A DNA stretch of 64,000 nucleotides, taken from the IMG/VR virus record IMGVR_UViG_3300032229_000588, positions 1 through 64,000 of that record. The stretch is one strand, 5' to 3'. Under the pieces are notes generated by a model, which did no database searches, was not told where the DNA came from, and saw nothing but the letters and a program-made list of their open reading frames with translations. The translations under genes were made by a program, and so were the position numbers. The stretch is from a virus. Position 1 is the stretch's first letter, and each line of letters starts with the position of its first letter. Below are positions 39,182 to 49,214 of the stretch, piece after piece.

Positions 39182-41143
39182 TTACGGTGTATAACTTGTC
39201 CTGATGTCAAGTTTATTTGTTGGTTGAGGTGGAACTAATGAAGAAATATAAAGACCTGTAAATGTATAAGTTCCACTTGCAGTAATTGTTTGAGTATACT
39301 GAACTCCATTAGAATCTGTCACAGTAAGGTCAATAGTACCCGATGGAACTGACTGTAAATCAATACCAACCTGAGCAGTATAGTTATTACTCCAATTTGA
39401 TGTAGTAAATCCTGAATTAAATTGTGAAAATAATAATGGGAATCCATCACCACTTGCGGGTTGTCCAAGAGGTGAGGAACCTGTAACACCTGAAATGGTT
39501 ACTCCTGTGATTGTACTTGCACTTGAACTATCGTAGTTTTCAACGTAAACAAATGTTGTTGGTTCAGGTAATAAACCTAACGATAATAAAATGGAATTAC
39601 CATATAATTCATTCATTGTTGACGATGTAAATGTTGATATGTTGGCAACATATGCGTTTATACTCACCAATGTTGCCCCACTAACTTTCTTATAAGCCAT
39701 CGCACTATAACTTGGTGAAACCCAAGTTGCTAATGATTTAGCTCCTGTTGATGTAGAAATTGGTGTTGCTGGTGTTGTGGTACTACTACCATTTATTGAA
39801 ATCGAAGTTCCAAATCCGCTATTAGTTAAACCTGAAGTGATTGGATTACTTAACACTTGATTAACCCATATAGTATTACCTGCAAATACAGTACCAACAG
39901 TATTTCTTACATTATATGCCGTTAGTTCTGAATGATTAAATCCTGAAGGATATGATGACCATAATCTAGCCCCCGATACAAAGCTACCTCCACTACTCAC
40001 ATAATTATATAATGCGGTACTCAAAGTTGATGAGTATGGACTTCCACTCAATGAATCTATGGTGTACATAACAACTGCATCATAATTCGAAGGTGTTATT
40101 CCATCACTACCTGTATAAGATGCGTCTAAAGTAACTGCCGAGAATGTTGATGAATACCCCGTACTACTTAAGTAATTTTGTATTGATATTACTTCATCCG
40201 CAGCATTTGGACCTCCAATATATAATACATTAAATGCTGAAGTTGCAGTTGGAGTTGGTGTTGGGGTTGTTGTTGTAGTATTAGTTGGTGTGACCGCAGG
40301 TGTTCCCGTATTAGTTGGTGTTGGTGTGACATCAGGTGTTCCCGTATTGGTTGGTGTTGGTGTGACATCAGGTGTTCCTGTATTGGTTGGTGTTGGTGTT
40401 ACAGACGCAGTCCCTGTGTTAGTTGGAGTTGGTGTGACATCAGGTGTTCCCGTATTGGTTGGTGTTGGTGTTACAGACGCAGTCCCTGTGTTAGTTGGAG
40501 TTATTGTAGGGGTTGGTGTTTGAGTTTCAGTTGCCGTTGGAGATGCACCAATTGTACCTGTTGGAGTTGGGGTCGAAGTTTCAGTACTTGTTGGAGTTGG
40601 GGTCGAAGTTTCAGTACTTGTTGGAGTTGGTGTTGCACCTGCAGTTCCTGTATTAGTTGGTGTTGGTGTAACATTAGGCGTTCCTGTAACTGTTGCCGTT
40701 GGTGTCGGAGTTGATGTTTCAGTTGCGGTTGGGGTTGCCCCTATAGTTGCGGTTGGTGTTGAGGTTGCGTTTGGTGTACCCGAATTTGTTGGTGTATTTG
40801 TTGGTGTACTTGTATTCGTAGGAGTAACTGCTGGTGTTCCTGTATTAGTAGGTGTGACTGAAGTAGTCGTAGTTTGTGTTGGGGTATTACTTGGGGTTAC
40901 ACTTGGCGTAGGTGTAGGTGTTGGTGTTACATAAACTGGTGGAAATACACCATTATCCTCCAAAATTAAATTTGTATTATACAATGGAGCGATTGAAAAA
41001 GTATCATCCATTAACCAAATATTTTTGGTTTGATTAGGGTATAACTCTACTTGGTATTCCCACATAGAGTCATCACATCTCCTGTAATTAAAGTTTATTA
41101 CGGTAGTTCCAGTATTTGTTAAAGTATATTTACTACAAGCCAT
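39182..41143 (-). CDS. Mucin-like Thr/Pro-rich modular protein, paralog of 37996..39111
   Basis: Near-identical N-terminal ~70 aa, a Thr/Pro tract of about 230 aa, and an unrelated C-terminal region. Confidence 0.75.
   Translation of the reverse strand: MACSKYTLTNTGTTVINFNYRRCDDSMWEYQVELYPNQTKNIWLMDDTFSIAPLYNTNLILEDNGVFPPVYVTPTPTPTPSVTPSNTPTQTTTTSVTPTNTGTPAVTPTNTSTPTNTPTNSGTPNATSTPTATIGATPTATETSTPTPTATVTGTPNVTPTPTNTGTAGATPTPTSTETSTPTPTSTETSTPTPTGTIGASPTATETQTPTPTITPTNTGTASVTPTPTNTGTPDVTPTPTNTGTASVTPTPTNTGTPDVTPTPTNTGTPDVTPTPTNTGTPAVTPTNTTTTTPTPTPTATSAFNVLYIGGPNAADEVISIQNYLSSTGYSSTFSAVTLDASYTGSDGITPSNYDAVVMYTIDSLSGSPYSSTLSTALYNYVSSGGSFVSGARLWSSYPSGFNHSELTAYNVRNTVGTVFAGNTIWVNQVLSNPITSGLTNSGFGTSISINGSSTTTPATPISTSTGAKSLATWVSPSYSAMAYKKVSGATLVSINAYVANISTFTSSTMNELYGNSILLSLGLLPEPTTFVYVENYDSSSASTITGVTISGVTGSSPLGQPASGDGFPLLFSQFNSGFTTSNWSNNYTAQVGIDLQSVPSGTIDLTVTDSNGVQYTQTITASGTYTFTGLYISSLVPPQPTNKLDIRTSYTP
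40285..40505 (-). repeat. 36-nt coding tandem repeat (TPTPTNTGT[AS/PD/PA]V), about 6 copies
   Basis: Seen in DNA (e.g. ttggtgtgacatcaggtgttcccgtattggttggtg) and in the protein. Confidence 0.85.
40561..40620. repeat. Exact 30-nt tandem duplication
   Basis: ttggagttggggtcgaagtttcagtacttg occurs twice in tandem. Confidence 0.9.
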
Positions 41144-41167
41144 CTTAATTTTTTATTGTTAAATATT

Positions 41168-43264
41168 TTATATTATAATTGATTCTACCGCAATAGTCCC
41201 TCCACTTAAGAAAGTCACTTTTTGACTACTATCCGCAGCATCTAACACAACATTTACAGGAATATTTGTGTAAAGTATTGGATTTCCACCTGTACCACCT
41301 GAAAAAGTTAAGTTTTGATTAAAGTTGGTAAATGTAAAATTATTATTTCTACATTGACCTGAAGTATCTAAATCGGCAAATGTTGTACCATTCATCCCAT
41401 AAGAAATTTTATTATTTATAAAAAAATCTTGAATTACGTTAAACGTAAATAAGTCACCAATCGTATTGTCGTAGAAATATTCTCCAATGTCGTTACCTTG
41501 GAATCCATTTCCAATTACATTACCTCTATAGTTTCCGCCTCCGTAACCAAAGTCACTTGCAATTGTATTACTTGTAAAGTAGTCACCAATTTGGTTATAT
41601 GAAAAATTGGTTGAGATTGTATTACTATAAAACTCGTGTCCGACTTTGTTAAATTGTGTGTTACCTGTAAAAGTATTATTACGGCAACCACTTTGAAATG
41701 AATTATGGTCGAAGCTAAAATTTTGAATATTTGCAGCATCACCTATATTATTACTATAGAAATCAGACCCTAAATTATTTTGTGTAACGTTGTGGTAAAA
41801 AATATTATTGTAAAGATTTGGTCCACCAGTATTGGTCTGAAAAGACCCGTAGAAAGTGTTTGTATAAACAGAATCACCAAGTACATTATTGTCGAAGTTT
41901 TGTTTAATGATGTTACCGTTAAATACATTACCAATTTGATTGTCATCGAAAGTACCCGTAATAGTATTATCAGTGAAATTGGTGCCAATTACGTTTCTCG
42001 CAAAACCATAATGAATTAAATTCTGATTAAAATTATTACCAATTTTATTATTAACAAAATCATTATCACTAAAAGTAAAAAAGTTATTTTGGAATCCCCA
42101 ACCTACTTGATTGAAATCAAAATCTTGTCCATCGTTGTCTCCTAACATATTATAGTCAAAATTACCAACAATGGTATTCCCTTGCATATCACATTCTATA
42201 AAGTTGTATGTAAAGTCAGAACCAACTATATTATTATCAAAATTATTTGTTATAATGTTGAATTGGAAAAATGGACCGCAGGTAGAACTAGTCATAAAAT
42301 TGTCAAACGTGTTACCAACAACATTACCTCCAAATGTCATATCTTCATAGTTACCATTCAAAAACACGTTATTAGACAAAATGAAATCATTATAATTTTG
42401 ATTATCTCCCAAATATGTGTTGAAGTTTTGATTATTGTTGAATGTGTAATATTCTGAGGAACCTGTATATGACGGTGTAGGTACGTTACATTGGAATGGT
42501 GACCTAAGTCCTCCTGAAAGACCTCGTGAATAAAATCTGTTACTTGTAGAATAGAAGGTTGTACCTGTTACTGTCATATTTGTCGCGTCGGCAATGGTTA
42601 AGATTTCATAATACGCGAAGCCACCAATAAGATTAGTGCCTGGAGTAAATATACCTAAAATATTACCAACTGAAAAAGTGTTATCAAAATCAGTACCGAC
42701 TCCAACAACATTACCTGAACCATCTATTGATACCGTACCAGTATAATAATCTTCAGATAAAAATGCTTGATATCTGATAAACTGAACTGCTCTGAAATCG
42801 TACTCCGCTCTGTTATTATTTTGGTCAATTCTTTCAGTAATTCTTCCTTTTGCAGGTGAACCTGTTACTTCAGTTGTACTCCACGTAAAATCATATGATA
42901 TTTTATCTTTAGGATAAAGTGTGGAATATACAGTTGGGGAGAATTCATTTGCTGATATTGCCAACAATAAAATTGGTTCTGTAGTTCCTGTTTTATAATT
43001 TCCTGTTGTTATTGCAACACCCTCATTAGTATAATTTGGTTGGTCATAACAAGTTTGGAAATCTGTCATTAAATAATATTGACCAACAACTAAATTACTA
43101 GTATTAGATGCTATAGTTAATCCTGAATACGTAGCTTGACTATAGTTAATACCTGAAAAGGCAATGTGATAAGTCGTACCCGCCTCTTCAACTGGGATTA
43201 AAAGGTTATTTGTTGTATAATCTAATGCCGTTAATTCACCGATTGTTTTTCCTGTTAGTGCCAT
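41168..43264 (-). CDS. Tail fibre/spike-like protein with Asn-rich beta-helix repeats
   Basis: N-terminal KTIGELTAL anchor-like motif; many repeats of the form F.xNxIGxxFxxNxI in the C-terminal half. Confidence 0.65.
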   Translation of the reverse strand: MALTGKTIGELTALDYTTNNLLIPVEEAGTTYHIAFSGINYSQATYSGLTIASNTSNLVVGQYYLMTDFQTCYDQPNYTNEGVAITTGNYKTGTTEPILLLAISANEFSPTVYSTLYPKDKISYDFTWSTTEVTGSPAKGRITERIDQNNNRAEYDFRAVQFIRYQAFLSEDYYTGTVSIDGSGNVVGVGTDFDNTFSVGNILGIFTPGTNLIGGFAYYEILTIADATNMTVTGTTFYSTSNRFYSRGLSGGLRSPFQCNVPTPSYTGSSEYYTFNNNQNFNTYLGDNQNYNDFILSNNVFLNGNYEDMTFGGNVVGNTFDNFMTSSTCGPFFQFNIITNNFDNNIVGSDFTYNFIECDMQGNTIVGNFDYNMLGDNDGQDFDFNQVGWGFQNNFFTFSDNDFVNNKIGNNFNQNLIHYGFARNVIGTNFTDNTITGTFDDNQIGNVFNGNIIKQNFDNNVLGDSVYTNTFYGSFQTNTGGPNLYNNIFYHNVTQNNLGSDFYSNNIGDAANIQNFSFDHNSFQSGCRNNTFTGNTQFNKVGHEFYSNTISTNFSYNQIGDYFTSNTIASDFGYGGGNYRGNVIGNGFQGNDIGEYFYDNTIGDLFTFNVIQDFFINNKISYGMNGTTFADLDTSGQCRNNNFTFTNFNQNLTFSGGTGGNPILYTNIPVNVVLDAADSSQKVTFLSGGTIAVESIII

Positions 43265-43288
43265 AGTTTTTTATTTTATAAATAGTTT

Positions 43289-44665
43289 TTAAAATTCAAG
43301 ATATTCGTTAGTACCAACACTCAAATATTCATCATTACCAATTAAAATTGCATTTATAATAATTGGGTCATTTGTTGGTGTTGGTGTTTGAGTTAATGTT
43401 GGTGTTGGTGTCTGTGTTGCACAAAGTGAACCAAATCCTACAGGATTACCTTGTGAATCAAGTTGTACCACATAACTAACATTTTTATAATATCCCGTCA
43501 TGTTAATAGTTGAATCTCCATTCAATACGTTCCAAAATTTTGTTGATAAATCAAACTGAGTATTATTACCATAAATGGTAGTTGACGGGTTAATTTCATT
43601 ACAAGCGTCGTTTTGTGTAACTCCTGAATAAACCGTAAATGCAATTCTACTATGAGTTGGTGTCGGAGTTGGTGTTAAACCTACAGTTACTGTTGGTGTA
43701 ACAGTTTGAGTAATGGTTGGTGTTGGAGTATTTGATGTTGTAGTTGTTGGTGTTGGAGTGTTGGATGATGTATTAGTCGGTGTTGGAGTATTAGATGCCG
43801 TGTTACTTGGTGTGTTTGTTTGAGTTGGGGTATGACTTGGAGTTACACTTGGTGTTGGAGTATTACTTGCAGTATTGGTTGGAGTTACCGTTGGTGTTGG
43901 TAAAGGACAACCACCTAAATACGTAATTGTTCCGTCTCCATCGGCAATTATAATTTCCTCCGCACAGAATATTAATGTTTGGAATACGTCTAAGAAGAAA
44001 TCAAATACAAATCCGTCACAATCTCTACCAACAAAAGAGGTTTGGTTTGTCACACCACCAAATAATAAGTAAGTTTTACAAATTGAATTAGTGGGTGTTT
44101 GAGTATTAGTTGGTGTGTTAGTTGGAGTTGTTGTGTTAGTCGTAGTGACTGTCGGAGTTGTTGTTGGCGTTGACGTGTTAGTCGGAGTAACTGTTGGCGT
44201 TTCAGTATTGGTTGGAGTGACGGTCGGAGTTGATGTTTCAGACGCAGTAATACTTGGAGTAATTGACGGTGTTGGCGTGTTACTTGCAGTTGCGGTCGGA
44301 GTCAATCCTATGGTTACTGATGGAGTTGGTGTTTGAGTTACAGTTGGAGTTACAGTTGGTGTTTCAGTAGTTGTTGGTGTTGGAGTTAATGTTGAGGTTG
44401 GGGACGGACTTAATCCTGGTGTTAATGTTGGTGTTTGAGTATTTGTTGGTGTAGGACTTGGTGTAGGACCTGGTACATTTACTGAATATGTGTATCCATA
44501 AGTTGGAACATAACAGTTGTAAATACCATAATAATAGTCGGAAATATAATTAAATGGAAATACTTGGGTACCTAAATCAATCGTACCTCCACTATCAGGA
44601 AGATACGTCACTTCTGTGGTCTGACCACTTAAATTATCACTTAAAATTCTTACCCCTATTGCCAT
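43289..44665 (-). CDS. Mucin-like Thr/Pro-rich modular protein
   Basis: Three TPT tracts separating a 4-Cys module and a module homologous to one in 37996..39111. Confidence 0.75.
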   Translation of the reverse strand: MAIGVRILSDNLSGQTTEVTYLPDSGGTIDLGTQVFPFNYISDYYYGIYNCYVPTYGYTYSVNVPGPTPSPTPTNTQTPTLTPGLSPSPTSTLTPTPTTTETPTVTPTVTQTPTPSVTIGLTPTATASNTPTPSITPSITASETSTPTVTPTNTETPTVTPTNTSTPTTTPTVTTTNTTTPTNTPTNTQTPTNSICKTYLLFGGVTNQTSFVGRDCDGFVFDFFLDVFQTLIFCAEEIIIADGDGTITYLGGCPLPTPTVTPTNTASNTPTPSVTPSHTPTQTNTPSNTASNTPTPTNTSSNTPTPTTTTSNTPTPTITQTVTPTVTVGLTPTPTPTHSRIAFTVYSGVTQNDACNEINPSTTIYGNNTQFDLSTKFWNVLNGDSTINMTGYYKNVSYVVQLDSQGNPVGFGSLCATQTPTPTLTQTPTPTNDPIIINAILIGNDEYLSVGTNEYLEF

Positions 44666-44692
44666 GTCTATAAATACGTATTTGTTTTCATT

Positions 44693-45247
44693 TTAACCAC
44701 AAATTCCAGTATTAACTACTAATGTTCCTGAAAGTTGTATAAATGTTGCTCCGTCAGATATTGTCGAATTTGCATTTATTGGTGGGATTGTTAATGACAT
44801 ATTACCGTAAACATTATCACCAGGACTTAATTCACTGAAAGGTATTAAAGTATAAATTGTAACATTTGAAGGAGTTGCAAACATGGTTACATCTTGACAC
44901 ACATCTTGATAATAACCTCCACTCCATAAATTATATGTGTAGATAATAACAGGAGTTCTTGTTGGTGTTGGTGTAAATGATGGTGTTGGTGTAACAGTTG
45001 GAGTTACAGATGTTTGTGTTGGTGTTGGAGTAATTGATGGAGTTGGCGTTGTTGAAGGACAAAGTCCCATAATTACCACATCCAAAGGAGCCGCATAATC
45101 CTCAACATATAAATCATTAGCACAAACGTAACTTGTTTGTAAAGGTTCAACGCCAGTTACACTGACGATACCTGTACATCCTGTCCATCTGTAAAAACCT
45201 TCTTGGACATTATTGTAATTTGTTATTCTATAGTAGTCGCAACTCAT
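44693..45247 (-). CDS. Small Thr/Pro-linker protein with two Cys modules
   Basis: MSCDYYRITN...WTGCTG...YVCA...GLCP, a TPT tract, then YTYNLWSGGYYQDVC...GICG. Confidence 0.75.
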   Translation of the reverse strand: MSCDYYRITNYNNVQEGFYRWTGCTGIVSVTGVEPLQTSYVCANDLYVEDYAAPLDVVIMGLCPSTTPTPSITPTPTQTSVTPTVTPTPSFTPTPTRTPVIIYTYNLWSGGYYQDVCQDVTMFATPSNVTIYTLIPFSELSPGDNVYGNMSLTIPPINANSTISDGATFIQLSGTLVVNTGICG

Positions 45248-45251
45248 TTGA

Positions 45252-47867
45252 TTAGATGAATAAACCGTTAAAGGTGACTAAGTTATACTGTAATGAGGTG
45301 ATATTTTCACCTTCAATACAATTAGATTCGTTAATTGTCACCGTGGTTCCAGGTGATAATGCACCGTACGCGGCAGTAAATGTGTTGTTGTAGAATGTAT
45401 AGTTATCAGGGTCGGCAACCATAGTTCCCCCTTTATATAATGTAACTCTAATTGTTACAGGATTTGAACCAAGTTCTCCATACCAAAATGCTTTAGAATT
45501 CATTACTATTACATTTTCACCAGGATATTGAGATTTAAATTCAATTAAGTCAATTAACACGGATTCAAATCCTGTACCCGTATTATCTCCACCCCATGTT
45601 AAAATTGGATTACCCGTTGTTGGCCATTGTTCAGAACAACACCAACCAATAGAGTCAGTCAATGTTGTTTGACCTATATCAGGTACAGTAACTTTTGTTC
45701 TTGTATCTAAATCTATACCGTCAGTAAACGCATAAGTTAATACGATATAATCGGCATCAAATGTGAAACCACCAGGTACAAATGGTATTGAAGTTGGAGT
45801 TGGTGTTAGAGTTGGTGTAGGGGTTTGAGTTACTCCATTTGTTGGAGTTGGTGTAGGTGTTGGAGGAATAGTTGGAGTTGGTGTAGGTGTTGGAGGAATA
45901 GTTGGTGTGGGTGTAGGTGAACTAGTTTGTGTTGGTGTTGGATTAATTAATTCGTAATACAAATCATTCGCAGGAATACTAATATAATGCAAATCATTTG
46001 AAGGTATGAATATTCTACAATTAGGGCAATCAGGGTCTAATAGATTGTATTTTAATTTTAATAATCTAAAGTTGTGTTTGATTTGAGACGCGTTTAATGG
46101 TTCGGTATACATTCTAAATGCACTAACGTCACCAATCATACTACCACCAAAATATTCTTCTAATTTAATATGAGTAGTTAAACCTGAGTAAATTGTATTA
46201 TCTAAATCGTGAGTTGTTAAACATTCTGGGTCTTGTTGATAAACCATCTCTTCAATTGTTTCAGGACATACACCTGAGAATGTTAGGTTATCGTGAAGAC
46301 CTTGAGTTCCTCCACCAATTGAAATGTTATATCCAACTCCAATTTGTTTTTCTTTTGGAGTGTTCAATAATCTTGGAATAATTTCTTCAAAGTTTTCAGT
46401 AACCATGAATAGCTTTCCATTCACATAAAACTTAAGTGTACCCAATCGATACTTTTGTTCTTCAGTCCACATGTCATTGAACGTAACAACTTCAGTCGAT
46501 GCTGGGTCATAAGGTTGTTCACGAGTGATTGGTGGTTCAATTAATGAAACACTTCTATTTTCAAGGGTTGCATAATAAACATCCTTAACAAGTAGACCAA
46601 GTCCCCCCTTATCATATAAGTCACATTTATCTAACCATTCATATCTTTGGAAGACAGCGTCAATCTGAACCCAATGTTCTACGTTTGAATATGTGGTTCC
46701 TGAACAATTGTCAAAAATACCTCTTGTTGAACACCATTCGGTTAATGATGTTCCTGTCACATAAGTAAGTCCTGTCAAACAAGTTCCTGTACTTTCACAT
46801 CCACCTGTTATCCTATATGTCTTAACACATAGTCTTGGACTACCTGTATCACCACTTAATCTTAATGATAGGGCGTTTGAAACCTCATCATATAATGGGT
46901 CTTTTTCAGGGTATTCCGCCTTAGATTCACAATCACATGGACAACCACAAGTACAATGTGTTATTGTCCCACCTGAAGGTTGGTATACCTGCATACAATC
47001 TGATGATGTGTTGGCAGTACTTGCACAACCACAAGTGTGCATACAAGTTAAACCTGACGTAACTCTTGTGTAACCCGTGTCTTGTTTTGGACTACCATCG
47101 GCGTAATGGTAAAATTTATTTTCGGCTCTTGCCCCCATGTAAAAGAACGTACCCTTATTGTCGGGGTATCTATTGTTAAGACCTCCTGATGTATCACCAG
47201 TCCATCTATATCTTAACATGAATTCTGCTGTCCAACCTAAAGAAACTCTTTGTGGGAAAACTTGGTAATCGTATCCTGGTATTTTATAAAATCCTTGGAA
47301 GAATCCACCTTTTAAATTGGCAACGTATCCGATATCTCCACCAACATTTTGATACGATAAATCGTAGGTATATGAATCATCATCCCATAATCTATTTTCA
47401 GTTGTTGTAAAACCTGTGATAGGGTGAAGTTTCATTCTCCTATCATATTTGTATCGACTAAACTTGTCTGAAATATTTGTATATAATCCTGTTGTAATTT
47501 CGATTGTCTCACCCGACATGTTTTGAACAAGTCCGTTATCAATACCCGTTAACCCAACATCACATAATTCTGTTACGATTGGACAAAAATTTGGGTCAAC
47601 GTCATCAGGGTTCCAATAATTTTCAGAAACGATTGTTTGATAGTCAAAAGAACATGCAGATGTTTGACATAATGTTGTTCCTGAACTATTGAAATCAAAC
47701 TTAAATGGCATTCTGTTTCCGTCCAATTCGCCAATTAATAATGGCGAAAAAACGACTTCTTGGTCATAGTCTCTCTCGTCCGACGCTAAACAAATGTCGG
47801 TGATTTCATTGACAGGTTTTATCCCCCATCTACGAAAATTATACTGATTAATATTCTGATATGCCAT
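45252..47867 (-). CDS. Large Cys-rich LamG/ConA-like virion protein with Thr/Pro linker
   Basis: GWTAEFML, HWVQIDAVF, LKFYVNGKL, GSMIGDVSAFRMYTEPLNASQIKHNF are LamG-like strands; Cys-rich insert (CMHTCGC, CTCGCPCDC); TPT linker and C-terminal domain. Confidence 0.65.
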   Translation of the reverse strand: MAYQNINQYNFRRWGIKPVNEITDICLASDERDYDQEVVFSPLLIGELDGNRMPFKFDFNSSGTTLCQTSACSFDYQTIVSENYWNPDDVDPNFCPIVTELCDVGLTGIDNGLVQNMSGETIEITTGLYTNISDKFSRYKYDRRMKLHPITGFTTTENRLWDDDSYTYDLSYQNVGGDIGYVANLKGGFFQGFYKIPGYDYQVFPQRVSLGWTAEFMLRYRWTGDTSGGLNNRYPDNKGTFFYMGARAENKFYHYADGSPKQDTGYTRVTSGLTCMHTCGCASTANTSSDCMQVYQPSGGTITHCTCGCPCDCESKAEYPEKDPLYDEVSNALSLRLSGDTGSPRLCVKTYRITGGCESTGTCLTGLTYVTGTSLTEWCSTRGIFDNCSGTTYSNVEHWVQIDAVFQRYEWLDKCDLYDKGGLGLLVKDVYYATLENRSVSLIEPPITREQPYDPASTEVVTFNDMWTEEQKYRLGTLKFYVNGKLFMVTENFEEIIPRLLNTPKEKQIGVGYNISIGGGTQGLHDNLTFSGVCPETIEEMVYQQDPECLTTHDLDNTIYSGLTTHIKLEEYFGGSMIGDVSAFRMYTEPLNASQIKHNFRLLKLKYNLLDPDCPNCRIFIPSNDLHYISIPANDLYYELINPTPTQTSSPTPTPTIPPTPTPTPTIPPTPTPTPTNGVTQTPTPTLTPTPTSIPFVPGGFTFDADYIVLTYAFTDGIDLDTRTKVTVPDIGQTTLTDSIGWCCSEQWPTTGNPILTWGGDNTGTGFESVLIDLIEFKSQYPGENVIVMNSKAFWYGELGSNPVTIRVTLYKGGTMVADPDNYTFYNNTFTAAYGALSPGTTVTINESNCIEGENITSLQYNLVTFNGLFI
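45841..45900. repeat. Exact 30-nt tandem duplication in a Thr/Pro linker
   Basis: gttggagttggtgtaggtgttggaggaata occurs twice in tandem. Confidence 0.9.
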
Positions 47868-47875
47868 ATACTAAT

Positions 47876-47904
47876 GATAAATACCTTATGAGCTAGTATT
47901 TATA
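47876..47904. promoter_or_regulatory. Back-to-back TATTTAT motifs at a divergent gene junction
   Basis: TATTTATC on - (47876-47883) before 47867 and TATTTATA on + (47897-47904) before 47920. Confidence 0.65.
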
Positions 47905-47919
47905 GATAAAAAAGAAGAG

Positions 47920-48750
47920 ATGATTAATACAGACCAAGAATTTTATTCGTCACCATATTATTTTTTATTAAGGGAAAAGAAAGAAAAATACTCTTTATAC
48001 TTCTCTGTGGAAGAGAATTTAAATGAAGCTCGTAAAAAAGACGAGGTAATTCACTTCGAAAAAAGTAAAGTTGGGAAAGTTAAAAATCACCTTAAAAAAG
48101 TGGTTAAGGATAAAAAAACAAAAACAACTAAGGGACTTAAAACAGATTTGGAAGAATTGGTGAATTTGGATGGGGCATTTTCTAACTCAAAAATTCCAAT
48201 TCTTGACCCAAGACTTCACCCACAAAAAACTATGGACCAAACGGTTGCCGCCGCTCGTATCACAAACGACCCTATCTCTCGTGGATATAGAACATACTAT
48301 GGTGAATCAGTTGAAGATATTGAGGATATGGAGAATAGTGATATGCCAAGAATTCCAAAACCATTTGGATGGGAAGAAACTGAAGATATGGATGGGGCAG
48401 AAACCTTCAAATATTTCGTTAAAAAAATGGGAATGGAACCTGATGAGGCAAAAGAAAGGACAAAGCAAAAAGGTCAGGACCCGACAGGTGAAAAAGATAA
48501 AAAATCACCTTATTATAAGGATAAGAATTTTATAACAAGAGCAACTATATCAGAAATCCAAAAACAAAAAATGATTAAAGTTGTGGAGGATATCTTGATG
48601 GGTAAGAAAAATTCCGACAATTCTGAAGTTGGAAAAAAAGAATCTGAGGTGTCTAAAGTTTTAAAGAAAAATATTTCATCATTAAAGAAACAAGCGGAAA
48701 AAGAAGGTTTGTCTCTTGCAGAATTACTAAAGATGTTTAAAAGTGAATAA
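47920..48750 (+). CDS. Hypothetical Lys/Glu-rich protein
   Basis: 276-aa ORF with LNE/ISE/LEE motifs. Confidence 0.7.
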   Translation: MINTDQEFYSSPYYFLLREKKEKYSLYFSVEENLNEARKKDEVIHFEKSKVGKVKNHLKKVVKDKKTKTTKGLKTDLEELVNLDGAFSNSKIPILDPRLHPQKTMDQTVAAARITNDPISRGYRTYYGESVEDIEDMENSDMPRIPKPFGWEETEDMDGAETFKYFVKKMGMEPDEAKERTKQKGQDPTGEKDKKSPYYKDKNFITRATISEIQKQKMIKVVEDILMGKKNSDNSEVGKKESEVSKVLKKNISSLKKQAEKEGLSLAELLKMFKSE

Positions 48751-49210
48751 AAGTTTATACGATAAAGAAATTGAGTTTCCGTCCGATAAAAGAGAACATA
48801 TGCGAATATGTTTTCAGATGGTCAAAGGTGCGGATGAAAATACTGAAGGGTTTAATAGAAATAAAGAACTACAAGGAAAAAATTTCATATCATATAAACA
48901 AATGAAAAGGATTAAAAACTTTTTTGATAATTTCAAAGGTAACCAAAACGAAGCACCATTCATTTTAAATGGGGGTGTTAAAATAAAAAATTGGGTTAAC
49001 GATGAATTAAGAAAAATGAGGGACTATATAAAGAATACCAAGACAAACAAAATGAATGCTGGTATGATGAATCAATTTATTGACCCACATGAGAAAAAAG
49101 ATTTTACAAATGTAAGAACATCTCAAGAACACTCAAGAACCGTTGATAAGTATAACCCATCTGTCAATGAAAGTGTTAAGAGAATAAACGAACTAATATC
49201 AAAAATATAA
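48743..49210 (+). CDS. Hypothetical protein
   Basis: 155-aa ORF overlapping the upstream stop; ends SVNESVKRINELISKI. Confidence 0.7.
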   Translation: MNKSLYDKEIEFPSDKREHMRICFQMVKGADENTEGFNRNKELQGKNFISYKQMKRIKNFFDNFKGNQNEAPFILNGGVKIKNWVNDELRKMRDYIKNTKTNKMNAGMMNQFIDPHEKKDFTNVRTSQEHSRTVDKYNPSVNESVKRINELISKI

Positions 49211-49214
49211 AATT

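Noticed and set aside
40285-40620. Tandem repeats as a possible CRISPR array
   Set aside because: There are no unique spacers; the units are in-frame multiples of 3 inside a coding region.
39040-41143. Near-identical 5' ends of 39111 and 41143 as a DGR template/variable repeat pair
   Set aside because: Both copies are coding, the differences are mostly synonymous and not adenine-specific, and no reverse transcriptase is in the window.
38573-44336. Plus-strand ORFs rich in VGVGV (38573, 40290, 40520, 43875, 44115)
   Set aside because: They are antisense shadows of the Thr/Pro codons on the - strand.
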